Below are positions 26,001 to 41,000 of a stretch of DNA of 64,000 nt, piece after piece; positions within the stretch are counted from its first letter, which is position 1; the number at the start of each line of letters is the position of its first letter. The position numbers and the translations under genes were made by a program. The DNA comes from Chiloscyllium plagiosum (taxonomy: Eukaryota). Below the pieces are notes generated by a model, which searched no databases, was not told the origin of the DNA, and saw only the letters and a program-made list of their open reading frames with translations. The stretch covers positions 49,189,336-49,253,335 of the forward strand of contig NC_057719.1 of NCBI RefSeq assembly GCF_004010195.1, read 5' to 3'.

Positions 26001-29000
26001 TTACAGTGCCAGAGACCCGGATTCAATTCCAGCCTCAGGCGACTGTCTGTGTGGAGTTTGCACATTCTTCCTGTGTCTGCATGGGTTTCCTCCGGGTGCT
26101 TCGGTTTCCTCCCATAGTCCAAAATTGTGCAGGTTAGGTGAATTGGCCATGCTAAATTACCCGTAGTGTTAGGTGTAAGGGAATGGTTCTGGGTGGATTG
26201 CTCTTCGGCGGGTCGGTGTGGACTTGTTGGGCCGAGGGGCCTGTTTCCATACTGTAAGTAATCTAATCTAATGTTAGTAAGGATAAGTGTACTGTACTGT
26301 AATTTGCAAAGAAAAATGGGCAACATTTGTACTCTGCATACATGGAAGTTTACTGAAATTAGCAAAACACGGAGTGGAAAGAGACTGATAAACTTGACGC
26401 TCAATAAATCTCTACAATGCAGAGCATCAATAAACACAGCTATTGGAATGTGTCAGAAATAATTTTAATTCCAGGTGCAGCAATATCCTGCTCAAGTTGT
26501 ATTATTTCTAGATGTCACCACTTTCAGTACTGCGGTCAGTTTTGGTTATTGAAGTATAGGAGACTTTTGGCTATCGGAAACCATACCGAGATCCATGAGT
26601 CTGATTCCTAGTGTTCAAAATTGAGGCAAGAATGGAAGTATTTAAGCTTTTCAGTTTTGCAAAGAGTCACCTGAAAGTTGATAAAGAAATATAGGAAGAA
26701 AACTATTATATATGCTTCTACATATTATTTTATAAAAGTAGGCATTTACTGTTCATCCCCATTTAGTCATAGTCATAGAGATGTACAGTATGGAAACAGA
26801 CCCTTCGGTCCAATCCGTCCATGCCGACCAGATATCTCAACCCAATCTAATCCCACTTGCCAGCACCTGGTCCATATCCCTCCAAACCCTTCCTATTCAT
26901 ATACCCTTCATATTCATATACCCATCCAAATGCCTTTTAAATATTGCAATTGTACCAGCATCCACCACTTCCTCTGGCAGCTCATTCCATACACATACCA
27001 CCCTCTGCATGAAAAGTTGCCCCTTAGGTCTCTTTTATATCTTTCCCCTCTCACCCTAACCTATGCCCTCTAGATCTGGATTTCCCCCACGTCAGGGAAA
27101 AGACTTTGTCTTTTTATCCTATCCATGCCCCTAATGATTTTGTAAACCTCTGTAAGGTCACCCCTCAGTTTCCGACGCTACAGGGAAAACAGCCCCAGCC
27201 CTAGCCGATAGCTCAAATCCTCCAACCCTGGCAACATCCTTGTAAATCTTTTCTGAACCCTTTCAAGTTTCACAACATCTTTCCGATAGGAAGGAGACCA
27301 GAATTGCGCACGCTATTTCAACAGTGGCCTAACCAATGTCCTGTACAGCCGCAACATGACCTCTCAACTCCTGTACTCAATACTCTGACCAATAAAGGAA
27401 AACATATCAAACGCCGCCTTCACTATCCTATCTACCTGCGACTCCACTGAAAAGGAACTATGAACCTGCACTCCAAGGTCTCTTTGTTCAGCAACACTCC
27501 CTAGGACCTTACCATTAAATGTATAAGTCCTACTAAGATTTGCTTTCCCAAAATGCTGCACTTCACATTTATCTGAATTAAACTCCATCTGCCACTTCTC
27601 AGCCCATTGGCCAATCTGATCAAGATCCTGTTGTAATCTGAGGTAATCTTCTTCGCTATCCACTGCATCTCCAATTTTAGTGTCATCTGCAAACTTACTA
27701 ACTATACCTCTTAAGCTCATATCCAAATCATTTATATAAATGACAAATAGTAAAGGACCCAGCACCCATCCTTGTGGCACTCCACTGGTCACAGGCCTCC
27801 AGTCTGAAAAACAACCCTCCACCACCACCCTCTGTCTTCTATCTTTGAGCCAGTTCTGTATCCAAATGGCTAGTTTCCCCTGTATTCCGTGAGATCTAAC
27901 CTTGCTAATCAGTCTCCCATGGGAACCTTGTCAAACGTCTTACTGAAGTCTATATACATCACATCTACTGCTCTGCCCTCATCAATCCTCTTTGTTATTT
28001 CTTCAAAAAACTCAATTAAGTTTGTGAGACATGATTTCCCACGCACAAAGCCATATTGACTATCCCTAATCAGTCCTTGCCTTTCCAAATACATGTACAT
28101 CCTGTCCCTCAGGATTCCTTCCATTTGCCCTTGAAAAGTCAACTCCTTGAATCACTGAAGTTTTTACCTCACTGAAGTCCATGTGGAGTAGGTGAATCCA
28201 CAGTTCAGTTATGGAAGGAGATCTGGGATTTTAGCCCAGTGACTTCAAAGAGCAGCAATCTAGTTCCAATTTGGAATAGCATTTGGCTTGGAGGAGAACT
28301 TAGATTGTTTTCACCTCCATTGCTGCATTCTAAGTGCAAGATCTTAATAGTTTTTATATAAATGCAAGCCTTTATTTATTAATGTCTTTTATGCAGCACA
28401 GGGCACTTCATGATAGCACTTTACAGTTCATGAAGTAATTTTGAAGTATATTTCATTGTTGTAATGTAGAGTACACCGCAAGCTCTCACAAAAAGTATGA
28501 TAATTGCTGGATATATTTTTATGATATTGATTAGGATTAAACATATTTTGGGCACCACAGAGAATACCTCTAATCATCATCACAATAGTGTCATGATGTC
28601 TTGGCAGAACTGCCAGGGTCTCTATTTTCCAAAAGACAGCCCCTCTAAAAGTGAAATACTCTAGTATTCAGTCTGTGTTGATTTTTATTTTTACTTAAGT
28701 TCTGGAATAAAAGTTGAAGAATTTAGGAATGCTATCAGCTGAACCATGATTGCAGAGGTTGACATTTGGAACTACATAAGATACAAGTTAGGTCGCAGCT
28801 TGAGTTTTGTGTATAGTTCTGGTCATCACAAGAGTTGCATAATTGCTCTGGAGAGAATACAAGATTGTTGCCAGCGCTTGAAAATTGCACTGAAGAGGAA
28901 AAGTTGAATAGGCTAAGGTGGTTTTCCTTAAGTCAGGCAAATAATGAGGTAGCCACTGTTGTGCTCAAGAAGTCTGTGCTCCACAAGCAAATTAGAGGGA

Positions 29001-32000
29001 ATGTAGCTCCCTGAGGGTGGTGGTTGGTTGGAGTTCACTGCCTGGTTTGGCATTTGAGGCAGAAACCTTGAATCTGCACTGAAACACTATAACCTGCAAT
29101 GCTAAGTGTTAGTAAATGAGATGAGAATCAGCAGCCAGTTTATTCAGCTGGTGCAGACATGATGATGAGCTGCATGACTTCTTTGTGTTTCTTAATATTT
29201 CCATGTTTAAAGCTTGAAAAGGTTTATCCAAGCTAAGCTGCAGGGATAAAAAAACGGACAGTAACTCAAACTATTGAGAATAAACAATGCTATCCTAGAT
29301 TTTCTTGATGCATTCTGACGGTCACATAGAATGCATTTCCAGATAGCGTCGAGAGGATTAAAAACTTGTTCATTTCAGAAACAATTGGATGTCATAATGA
29401 ATTCATTTTTTTAGACTAGATTAAAGTGAGTTATCTTCCTCAACTGTAGATATCATGCAGCAGTGATCTGTGCTGTTTGTTAGAGAATTATTTCAGTGTC
29501 AGCACTTAGAGTCATAGAGATGTACAGCACGGGAACAGACTGTTTGGTCCAACTCGTCCATGACGACTAGATAGCCTAACCTAAACTAGTCCCATTTGCC
29601 AGCACTTGGCCCATAATCCTCTAAACGCTTCCTATTCAAATACCCATCCAAATGCTTTTTAAATGCTGCAGTTGTACCAGGCTCCTCCACTTCCTCTGGC
29701 AGCTCATTCCATACACATACCACCCTCTGTGTGATAAAGGTTGCCCCTTGGGTCTCTTTCATATCTTTCCCCTCTCGCCCTAAACCTGTGCCCTTTGGTT
29801 CTGGACTCCCCTACCCGAAGGAAAATACTTTGTCTATTTATCCTATCCATGCCCCTCATGATTTTATAAACCTCTATAAGCCTCTGATGCTCCAGGGAAA
29901 ACAGCTCCAGCCTGTTCAGCCTCTCCCTATAGCTCAAACCCTCCAACCCTGGCAACATCCTTGTAAATCTTTTCTGAACCCTTTCAAGTTTCACAAAATC
30001 CTTCCGATAGGAAGGAGATCAGAATTGCACACAGTTTTACAAAATGGCCTAACCAATGTCCTATACAGCCACAATATGACCTCCCAACTCCAATACTCAA
30101 AACTCTGAACAATAAAGGAAAGCACTTGTAAGCCTCTTCAAAATTTGTTAACTCCCACCATTTAGATGATGATTACACTTCCATGACAGCTCTACATCCA
30201 GCTGTTGTTTCCTAGCATATAAATCGGTAAACTGCTTTTAAATTTGCACATTTTAACAGGATTTCTTCTTCAATTTTTCTTGATGCGTATTACATATGAT
30301 TGGAAAAGAAAAACCAAGCACCAGATTCTTGCAAGGCTTATTTTTTATAGGTTACTTAGTGCACCACATCATGACAGTACACTAATATGCTGTGCCTCAA
30401 ATGGTGAGGTACAGGTTTAAATTAAAACAAGCATGGCACTATTCACAGATCGTGGACTTAAACTTCACCTGTTGTCTCTGGCTAATGTGGCAAGCTTAGG
30501 TTGTTTTTTATTCCATAAATGTAAAGGAAGCATGAAAGTCAACTCAACTTGACATTTTTTTAAAAATGCTACTTAGGATTTAGTTGTACATTATTAGCAG
30601 GGGGTTTGAAGCTGGTAATAAATAATCATTTCTTGTAATGTCTCTGCTTTACAGGACCACAAGTTTAGCAAGCAAGTTAGCAGAGTTTGATCTTGGTACT
30701 GATAAACAGACATTTCTGGCAAAGATGATCAAAGGCATTTTCCTTTCATACCTGGAAAATTATATCGAAATTGAGACAGGATACTTGAAAACTAGGAGTA
30801 GCATGGTGTTACAACGCTATTACGATTCCAAAAATCATCAAAAACGGTCCTATGGATCTGGAGGGTAAGTGCAGTAATATAAAGTTTTGATAAAATAGCC
30901 ATGATTAATATTTTCTGATATTTTAATTGTTTTTTATGTTCAGAAGCTCTTGATTTTTCTCAATTTTCAGATTGGATTTTGTTTGTGTATAAAGATACCA
31001 GGTGTATTGTGTGAGACTATTAGATTGAGAATTTAGCCCTGACTTAATCACTGACTTAAATTGACACATGCAAAATTCTACAGTTCAAAGATTCTAAAAT
31101 AAAACCTGAGGTACTTGAACTATTTAACAGTATTCTTAGTCCTAACTATTGGTTAGGACTAAGAGTACTTTGCAATCTATTTCCAGGTCAAGCTTGGGGA
31201 TGGAGGGGAAGCAAACAGGTTTGTGATAAGATAGTAGGAAGGGGAAGTTAAATGATAAAAGGGGCAATGGTGAAAGCCGAAGCTATACGCTAAAGGGGAA
31301 ATTAAGGAAACAATAGTTGCATCTCAAGCATGTGTAAACGAGAGCGCAGAGTCACCCCAATGGCTACAAAACTTAAGGGACAGAGGTTACAATTAAATAT
31401 TGCATTTCAAAAATGAGAGAAAGCAGGAAATACTTTAATTAAAGTCTTGACATGACTAATTTAATACTCCCTGCAATGTTTTGTTCAAAGTGGCCAGTTC
31501 AGTGTGAGCTACTAATAAATTTTAGGCAACCGTTTTTGTGGATTGTTTTAAATGGGATAATTTGTAAATTCTTGACTTTAGCAGGTTCCATATCTAACCT
31601 TCCTTTCCGCTCCAAAAAACTCCCTATTAAACTCAACATTTATATCCTAACTGACTTGACAAACATAAACTTTCCTTCCTCAATCTTTTTGAACTGTCGG
31701 CAACCTTTGACATGGTTAACCAACTCCAACATCACTGTTATGTAGCTGAGTGGACTGCTGCCACACAGTTTTATATGAATCTAATTGAATTGAAACTATT
31801 ACTTCCAATAACTTGCTCTTAAGCAGTTGCCTCTGGAGTCCCCAGAAGCATGTTCCTTTGTCCTTTCCTTTTCTTCTGTAACTGCTATCCCTGTGACAGA
31901 ATCTGGAAGAACGTTAGTAATTCTGACAGGTGCACTAATGACATCTCGCCCCACCTCACCATTACCGCTCATGCCACCTCCACAGTTGCATTTTCAGGTA

Positions 32001-35000
32001 ACTTGACAACATCTAGCAGAGCAAAAATTTACTTCCATTTAGTATTAATAAGGCTGAAAGCAGTCTGAACTCCAAATTCTATTCCAACTCCCTGTCTATT
32101 CCTGGCAACTGCCTTAGATTAAACAACCTTCGTGTCACATTTAACTTCAATATGCGCTTCCAATGTCATGTTAACATAATCACTAAGATTGACGCTTTCC
32201 ATTTCTCTAACCCTGCACGATTTTACCCATACCTCAGCTCATTTGCTGCTGAAGTCCTCATTCATGCCTTTGTTCATCGACTGAACTCTCAAGCACTAGA
32301 GCCCATGTCTTGCATCAAATCCCAACAGCCCCATGCTTACTGACCTCCTTTCAAAACCTTTCTTGGCTTTGGCCCCTTCTTGTCTCTATTATCTCCTTCA
32401 ACATTACAATTTGGAAATATATGCACTTCTCAAATTCTGGCTTATTTTGTATACCTGATATTAATTGATTTACCATTGGTGCCTGTACTTTCAATTGCCT
32501 AAGCACATGTACACGCCTTCTCTGTCTCTCCATCTCCTATTCTGCCTTTTAAAAGTTGTCTTAAATTTGTGTCTTCCATCAAATTTTTTGTCATCTATGA
32601 CTCTCTCATTTTTATGGTGCTTCTGTGAAATGCCATACTTATTGCATTAAAGGAGCGATATAAATGCATGTTACCTTCCTGGCTGCTGTGCATGGGTGTA
32701 TCATAGAGGAATCATTGGATATGACTAGTTTCTCCTGAAGACATAACCAATCATTGATTACAGAAACAAAGATTACTTTGTTCAAACTACTTATTTATTT
32801 TCACTCCTGAAAGAATTTTAATGTTTGGGATTTCAAAACTATAAATGTTGAAAATATTTTTTTCTAAAGTTTATAGTGCGCAATAGATATTCTTTCTATC
32901 CTTATCAACATAATTGAATTCAAAGTAATCTAGTTTTTTGAGGCAAGCTGTAATAGTACATATCTTATCAAAGCCGCCTCATTGACAAATCAAGCATAAA
33001 TCAGTTTATGAAGCCTGTAGCAAAACTGCGTGTGAAATTCAATTTCCGATGATTATTAAACTGGGTCCTAATCATAGAGTGAAAGCAATTGGTAGTGGGT
33101 CAATCGAAAAGAATAGTTGGTGATTGCATTTCCCTACTCATGCAATGTTCCTCAAATGACCTATTGTGGAAATTATTTATTGTCACATCAGTGATTAATT
33201 TCCTTATTCTTATCAAATGTAATTTCCTTTACAGGTCCCACCATGAATTCAAGAAAAAATTTGAAAGTTAAGTTTTTAATGATGACCCATTGCTGTGGAT
33301 CTGGCCTAAGTTTGACTCCAGAACCACAGCAATGTGATTGACTCTTAATTGCCCTTTGGGCAAGTAAGGATGGGCAATAAATGCCAGCAATGCCCTCATT
33401 TGATGAATGAATTTTTGTAAAAAATTGAGCAGTTTTATATATTACATTTATGGAACAAATCTATAAAGATCTACATATCCCTTCCTTTGCTCTTTGTTAA
33501 TATGCTTATTACTCAATTAATTTATACCATAATCAAACAATTTATCTGATTCATACAATAAAGGTTTCTTATCTTTGATGGACAGCCATTTACAGTGCCA
33601 ATTTAATGATTACTTTGGTGACTGAGTTTGCTTCAGGCCTGACATCCAATTTGGATTTCACAGAAGAGTCTAGAAACCAGCTTAGCTTGTCTGTACATGA
33701 GAGCATTTATGAATTTATCTAATTAAATACCATGACCTGAATACACAGCAGGTGCACTTCATCATTATGCCCCCTTTTGTAATATTTGGTATGTCTATAT
33801 GATTACATAATTAAATTTAAGGTACAGTGCTTTGAAGAAGCATTTGGAAATGCAGTACAGTGAAGTGTGAAGAAAGTAATTTGTAATTTACTGTAGCTGA
33901 TTTTTAAAAAGTTGTCTAGTTGCTCAAGTGTGTATATTAACTGCATACATTGAAGTTTGTTTCCCTGCATTAACCTCTGTGCTATTTGTTGAATGGAAGA
34001 ATTCCTTTTAGATGAAAATTAAATGTATTTGATTCAGCGAGGGCAAAATACTTCCCTCCCTCTTTCGTTTTTATGATTCCCTAATAATTGCAGCACTTCA
34101 AAACCATGCTGAAAATGAGTCTGCATTTGGAGCCACTGATGCACTTTGGCAAATTGATCCTCTTTACACCTTGGTTCAGCCACACTTTTACCAACTTATC
34201 ACCTCTGTTTCAGAATGCTTCACTTGAGTTTGGGTAGAATTGTCTGTACATTATCATTCTGTAAATGTTACAGTGATGCCTCTTAAATTACATATGTCAG
34301 AATCACATGCATATAAACTAGCTTGAAACTGTCTAATCTGTTTTCTGAATCATTAACACTATTAAAGATGTTATCACGGATAATTTTATTTTAAATTTAC
34401 TTTCAAGTCTGTTGAATGTTATACTCTATTGGACAGAAAAAATTGGGAGAAATTGCTTGACATCTCATTAAAGTCAGTTCCAAGATGTTTTGAAAGAATT
34501 TACAATTTGAAGAATATTTTAAGTTGAATGTTTTAATTTTACTAGAATTATTTTGAAGGTTTTTTTGTTTATTTTATAAAATTCAATTAGAAACATTACT
34601 TCAGTTTATTTTAATATTTTTGGGTGAAGTTAGTTACTAGATGAATTCTGAATTTAATATTTAATGTCAGAGCATCTTGACATGTGGGCTAGGATCATTA
34701 ATTTTTTAGAATACTGCCTACCTCATTAATTTTAATTATTTAATTCTTATTCTGGTCAGCCCAAAGCTTTGTAGATTTGGAACAAATTCATTGATTTTGA
34801 TGATGATCAGAATTATTGACATTACTTCTACTTACAAATGTCTCTTTTAAATGCTCTGCAGCTCAGAGTTTAGATTAGATTAGATTCCCTACAGAGTGGA
34901 AACAGGTCCTTCGGCCCAACCAGTCCACACAGACCCTCCGAAGAGTAATCCACCCATTTCCCTCTGACTAATGCACCGAGCACTATGGGTAATTTAGCAT

Positions 35001-38000
35001 GGTCAATTTACCTGACCTGCACATCTTTGGACTGAGAGGAAACCCACGCAGACACAGGGAGAATGTGCAAACTCCACACAGACAGTTGTCCGAGGCTGGA
35101 ATTGAACCTGGGATCCTGGTGCTGTGAGGCAGCAGTGCTAGCCACTGAGCCACCATGCCACTTTTGTGCAGAAGAAATCAAAGTTGGCTCAAATTTCTCC
35201 TATTTCTTGACCCATTTCAGTTGATTAGGATAAACCTGATTCCTTGTGCAATTTTGGGCTTTTTCCCAACAAAAATTGTTTTGAAATTCTGGCAATATTT
35301 TCATAGCATCCTGCTTCGAAACATTTACTGAGTCCTGTCTCAATCTTCTGCTGTTTACAGAAACAGCTCTTTCATGTTTTCTGAAATATTCACATCTGTT
35401 CTATTAAAAATCAGAATCAAAACTTGTAGATTTCCTGATTGCCTGAGTGATAACATTATTGCAAAATATCAGACGCTATGGCTGGCAAAATACCATGCTG
35501 TTACATCCTCTCCTAGATGGCTTCCATTTTCTTGTAAAAAGGTAAAATAATTATGAGCAAAACTGTTTAAGTAATTTTATGATTGTGAAAATTCGTATAT
35601 GCAATGAAAACTTTGGAACCTTACTGTGTGTGTGTGTGTAAAACAGTTTGAGGCACTGACAGCCAGAGGGTTTTACATAGAAGATTCAATGAATTTGCTT
35701 ACTACAGTAAACCTGCAGGAAATCAGAACAGGCCAGCAATCTGTAATATTGTGCACTGAATTCAGTTTTTTTAGAAAAGGTAGCTTCTGTTATGGCTTTA
35801 ATGTTAGACATTCAAATGACTACAAGAAGTCTCAGTCATGTCTGACACCATAGGAGAGTCAACCTGTGTAATCTCAACTTTTGCTTATGGTATACTTTTA
35901 TACATGTTTGTCCTCTGCAAATTAGTACAGTTGTTAATCTTTGTAAATTTTGGATGTTTCTGTGAAATAATAGATGTGTATCTTGTAGGATTCAGGACCT
36001 AAAAGAGCGAATTCGCCAACGTACAAACTTACCACTGGGGCCAAGTATTGACACGCATGGCGAGACATTTTTGTCACAGGAGGTAGTTGTCAATCTTTTG
36101 CAGGAGACCAGACAGGCCTTTGAGAGGTGTCACAGGGTAAGAATGTTCTTCAAAAAAGAATAATGTTCCTTGTACTGTATTGTTGAGGTTTGGGCTATAT
36201 GATGGTTTTTTTCAAATATTGATGCCTTGCCGTCCTTCAATTTTAAAATTTCTGCAGGTGGATATTCTGGGGATGATTTTCACTGGGGCAGTCAATATAA
36301 TTATTATGTTAAGCAGTGTCTATTTTTGCTAATTCTTAACTTTTTATTTATAGCTGTCTGATTCTTCTGATTTACCAAAGAATGCTTTTCGAATATTTAC
36401 TATTCTCGTGGAATACTTGTGTGTTGAGCATATTGACTATGCTCTAGAAATTGGACTTGCAGGTAATTTTCATTATTTGATAATTCAGTGCATGGAAGTT
36501 TCTCAGTGGATAGGTAAAGGCTTTTTAAAAAATTAATTAAATTAATGATCATCCAGCATTCATTCCGAGCCCTTATTTTGGCTGAACTTGATTTGATCGA
36601 CTCTAGCTTTAATTTTGGTGACAATGTTCAGTACAAAAAGAAAGACACAGTATAATATGCATTGAGCCATAGAGATGTACAGCATGGAAACAGACCCTTC
36701 GGTCCAACCCGTCCATGCTGACCAGATATCCAACCCAATCTAGTCCCACCTCCCAGCACCCGGCCCATATCCCTCCAGACCCTTCCTATTCTATACCCAT
36801 CCAAATGCCTCTTAAATGTTGCACTTGTACCAGACTCCACCACATCCTCTGGCAGCTCATTCCATACACGTACTATCCTCTGCGTGAAAAAGTTGCCCCT
36901 TAGATCTCTTTTATATCTTTCCCCTCTCACCCTAAACCTATGCCCTCTAGTTCTCCCCGACCCCAGGGAAAAGACTTCGACTATTTATCCTGTCCATGCC
37001 CCTCATAATTTTGTAAACCTCTATAAGGTCACCCCTCAGTCTCCGACGCCTCAGCCCCAGCCCCAGCCTGTTCAGCCTCTCCATGTAGCTCAGATCCTCC
37101 AACCCTGGCAACATCCTTGTAAATCTTTTCTGAACCCTTTCAAGTTTCACAACATCTTTCTGATAAGGAGGAGACCAGAATTGCTCGCAATATTCCAACA
37201 GTGGCCTAACCAATGTCCTGTACAACCGCAACATGACCTCGCAACCCCTGTACTCAATACTCTGACCAATAAAGGAAAACATACCAAACGCCGCCTTCAC
37301 TATCCTATCTACCTGTGACTCCACTTTCAAGGAGCTATGAACCAAGATCTCTTTGTTCAGCAACACTCCCGACCTTACCATTAAGTGTATAAGTCATACA
37401 AAGATTTGCTTTCCCAAAATGCAGCATCTTGCATTTATCTGAATTAAACTCCATCTGCCACTTCTCAGCCCATTGGCCCATCTGGTCCAGATCCTGTTGT
37501 GATCTGAGATAACCCTTTACGCTGTCCACTACACCTCCAATTTTGGTGTCACCTGCAAACTTACTAACTTTACCTCTTATGCTCGCATCCAAATCATTTA
37601 TGTAAATGACAAAAAGTAGAGGACCCAGCACCGATCCTTGTGGCACTCCACTGGTCACAGGCCTCCAGTCTGAAAAAACAACCTTCCACCACCACCTTCT
37701 GTCTTCTACCTTTGAGCCAGTTCTGTATCCAAATGGCTAGTTCTCCCTGTATTCCATGAGATGTAACCGTGCTTATCAGTCTCCCATGGGGAACCTTGTC
37801 GAACGCCTTACTGAAGTCCATATAGATCACATCTACTGCTCTGCCCTCATCAATCATCTTTGTTTCTTCATCAAAAAACTCAATCAAGTTTGTGAGACAC
37901 CATTTTCCACGCACAAAGCCATGTTGACTATCCCAAATCAGTCCTTGCCTTACCAAATACATGTACATCCTGTCCCTCATGATTCCCTCCAACAACTTGC

Positions 38001-41000
38001 CCACCACCGAGGTCAGGCTCACCAGTCTATATTTCCCTGGCTTGTCTTTACTGCCCTTCTTAAATAGTGGCCCCACGTTTGCCAACCTCCAGTCTTCCAG
38101 CACCTCACCTGTCTCTATCGATGATACAAATATCTCAGCAAGAGGCCCAGCAATCACTTCTCTCGCTTCCCACAGAGTTCTCGGGTACACCTGATCAGGT
38201 CCTGGGGATTTATCCACTTTTAACCGTTTCAAGACATCCAGCACTTCCTCCTCTGTAATCTGGACATTTTGCAAGATGTCACCATCTATTTCCCTACAGT
38301 CTATATCTTCCATATCCTTTTCCACAGTAAATACTGATGCAAAATACTCATTTAGTATCTCCCCNNNNNNNNNNNNNNNNNNNNNNNNNNNNNNNNNNNN
38401 NNNNNNNNNNNNNNNNNNNNNNNNNNNNNNNNNNNNNNNNNNNNNNNNNNNNNNNNNNNNNNNNNNNNNNNNNNNNNNNNNNNNNNNNNNNNNNNNNNNN
38501 NNNNNNNNNNNNNNNNNNNNNNNNNNNNNNNNNNNNNNNNNNNNNNNNNNNNNNNNNNNNNNNNNNNNNNNNNNNNNNNNNNNNNNNNNNNNNNNNNNNN
38601 NNNNNNNNNNNNNNNNNNNNNNNNNNNNNNNNNNNNNNNNNNNNNNNNNNNNNNNNNNNNNNNNNNNNNNNNNNNNNNNNNNNNNNNNNNNNNNNNNNNN
38701 NNNNNNNNNNNNNNNNNNNNNNNNNNNNNNNNNNNNNNNNNNNNNNNNNNNNNNNNNNNNNNNNNNNNNNNNNNNNNNNNNNNNNNNNNNNNNNNNNNNN
38801 NNNNNNNNNNNNNNNNNNNNNNNNNNNNNNNNNNNNNNNNNNACCCTATTATTCTTACAGATAGCTGAGATCTCCTTGCAAGTTTGTTTCTCAATTTCTC
38901 TCTGACTATTGGGGGGGGGGGGGGGGGGTCTATAATACAATCCCAATAAGGTGATCATCCCTTTCTTATTTCTCAATTCCACCCAAATAACTTCCCTGGA
39001 TGTATTTCCAGTTTAGTATATTTTGGGTGTCTTTGCAGGATAAGCTTTTGAAAATGAGATTGGTGTTTAGAATAGACATGGTGGTTCAAAACATCTGTTT
39101 CTATGCTGTATGAATCTATGATCTGAAGCCATTTTCATCTGGAAGGTTCATTTCCAGATGTTTCATCACCCTACTAGGGTCTTTGGTGGTCCTCTGGGCG
39201 AAGCACTGCTTTTTTGTAGATGTATTTTGTAAATGACTTTTTTTTTGGGACTAATGTCATTTACAAGATATTGTGCAAGAACTGTAGCAAACACTACATT
39301 GAACAAACAGACAGAAAACTAGCCACCAGGATATGTGAACATAAACTAGCCACAAAATAACATGACCCTCTCTCACTAGTATCCTTACATACAGATAAGG
39401 AAGGACAACACATCCATTCTAGGAAAAACCGAACTGAGACACGTCCGAGAATCCCTAGAAGCATGGCATTTCAACCGAAACTCTATCAGCAAGCACATCG
39501 TGTTTGACCCCATATACCACCCCCTGAGAAAAAGAGCAGGAAATGACATCACCATCCCAAAGAAACCCAAACATATAAATAGGAAGCAGGAATTATCAGC
39601 AGTGCTTCGCCCGGAGGCCCACCGAAGACGTTATAGAGTGACGAAACGTCTGGAAATGAGCCTTCCAGCTCAGCGAGCAAACCTACATGCAGTTCTGATG
39701 TTTCAATCTGCGTTATCAGTGGGTGCTTTGTCTCCAGGTTAGACAGTACATGAGTTCCCAGCCTTGTTCAGTGTTGCATTTTAAGTTTCATCTCCTCTCA
39801 CTACTCAAGCGATTTCCTGTTTAGAAGCTTCTAACATGTCAGAGTTCTAACATGTCTTCAAACTTAATTGCAATGATTCTTTCTTGAGCATGCGAGTAAC
39901 AGTGTAACTGGTCATCGAGGTTCTTGTCACATCTCCGTAATGCCGACATGACTGGCTTCTTTGCCTTTGAATGAAATATTAATTTCAGTTTTGGCTGTTT
40001 TTGTTTATTAGCACTGCTGCCGCACAGCGCCAGGGGCCCAGGTTCAATTCCTGCCTTAGGCGACTGCCTGTGTGGAGTTTGCACATTTTCCCCATGTCTG
40101 GGTTTCCTCCAGGTGCTCCAGTTTCTTCCCACAATCCAAAAATGTGCAGATTAGGTGAATTGGCCATGCTAAATTGCCCATAGTGTTCAGGAATGTGTAG
40201 GTTAGATGCATTAGTCAAGGGTAAATGTAGAGTAATCGGGTGGGGGAGTGGGTTTGGGTGGGATACCCTCCGGAGGGTCGGTGTGGACATGTTGGGCGAA
40301 GGGCTTGTATCTACACTGTAGGGATTCTATGAACACTTGTTTCATGAAACGTGACCAACCTGACTAGTAACATGGTTGTTGTGGCTATTTTAAGTCCATG
40401 GTTTGGTCTTTCTTTTAAATACTATTTCAGCCCATGAAAATCTAAAGCAATAAAATTCAGAACTTAACTGCACTTTTTTTTTATTCACCGTGAAAGTTGC
40501 TTCAAGATTTGTTTATTTAAATGTTCTAGTGACAAGCTCCTCATGTTGTATGCTTCCAAAATCGCAACTCATTTGAAATTCTGCATTCTGTCTGCTCTAA
40601 TTAGAATTATCTTTACCACATACCTCCACTAACAATGCAGATACCAGTTTGATTTTAAATTTAATAAGTTCTCAGCCTTGTGTTTAAATCCTTATGTGGT
40701 CTCACCTCTTGACGTCTAAAATCAACAGCAACAGTTTGTTTTTCTCTCGTACCTTTAACATAGGAAAACATCTCCACATATTAAAATACATCATAAAAGT
40801 GTTAACAAATAAAATTGAAACTGAATTCCATATGCACATATTAGACTAATGACCAGAACCTTGATCAGAAGTCTATTTTAAGGAACATCTTCAAGGAGAG
40901 TGCAGATTTAGCAAGGGTTCCAGAGCTTAGAGCCTTGGCAACTGAATTCACAGCAACAACAATGTGGTGAGGAAAACTGAAGGTACAGATAGGAGAAGGT

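Noticed and set aside
25966..26040. tRNA-like A and B boxes
   Set aside because: These are the SINE head followed by SINE body and tail, not a tRNA gene.
25925..26437. 170-aa minus-strand ORF and similar ORFs at 39985 and 61638
   Set aside because: Chance reading frames through HE1-type SINE copies.
38911..38928. Poly-G run as a G-quadruplex or regulatory element
   Set aside because: An expanded homopolymer inside a CR1 copy next to the assembly gap; its length is unreliable.
37594..38982. 462-aa ORF and overlapping 175-209-aa ORFs
   Set aside because: They are artefacts of translating through the N gap. The equivalent segment in the 13949-18140 copy is about 736 bp against 478 N, so the gap size is only an estimate.
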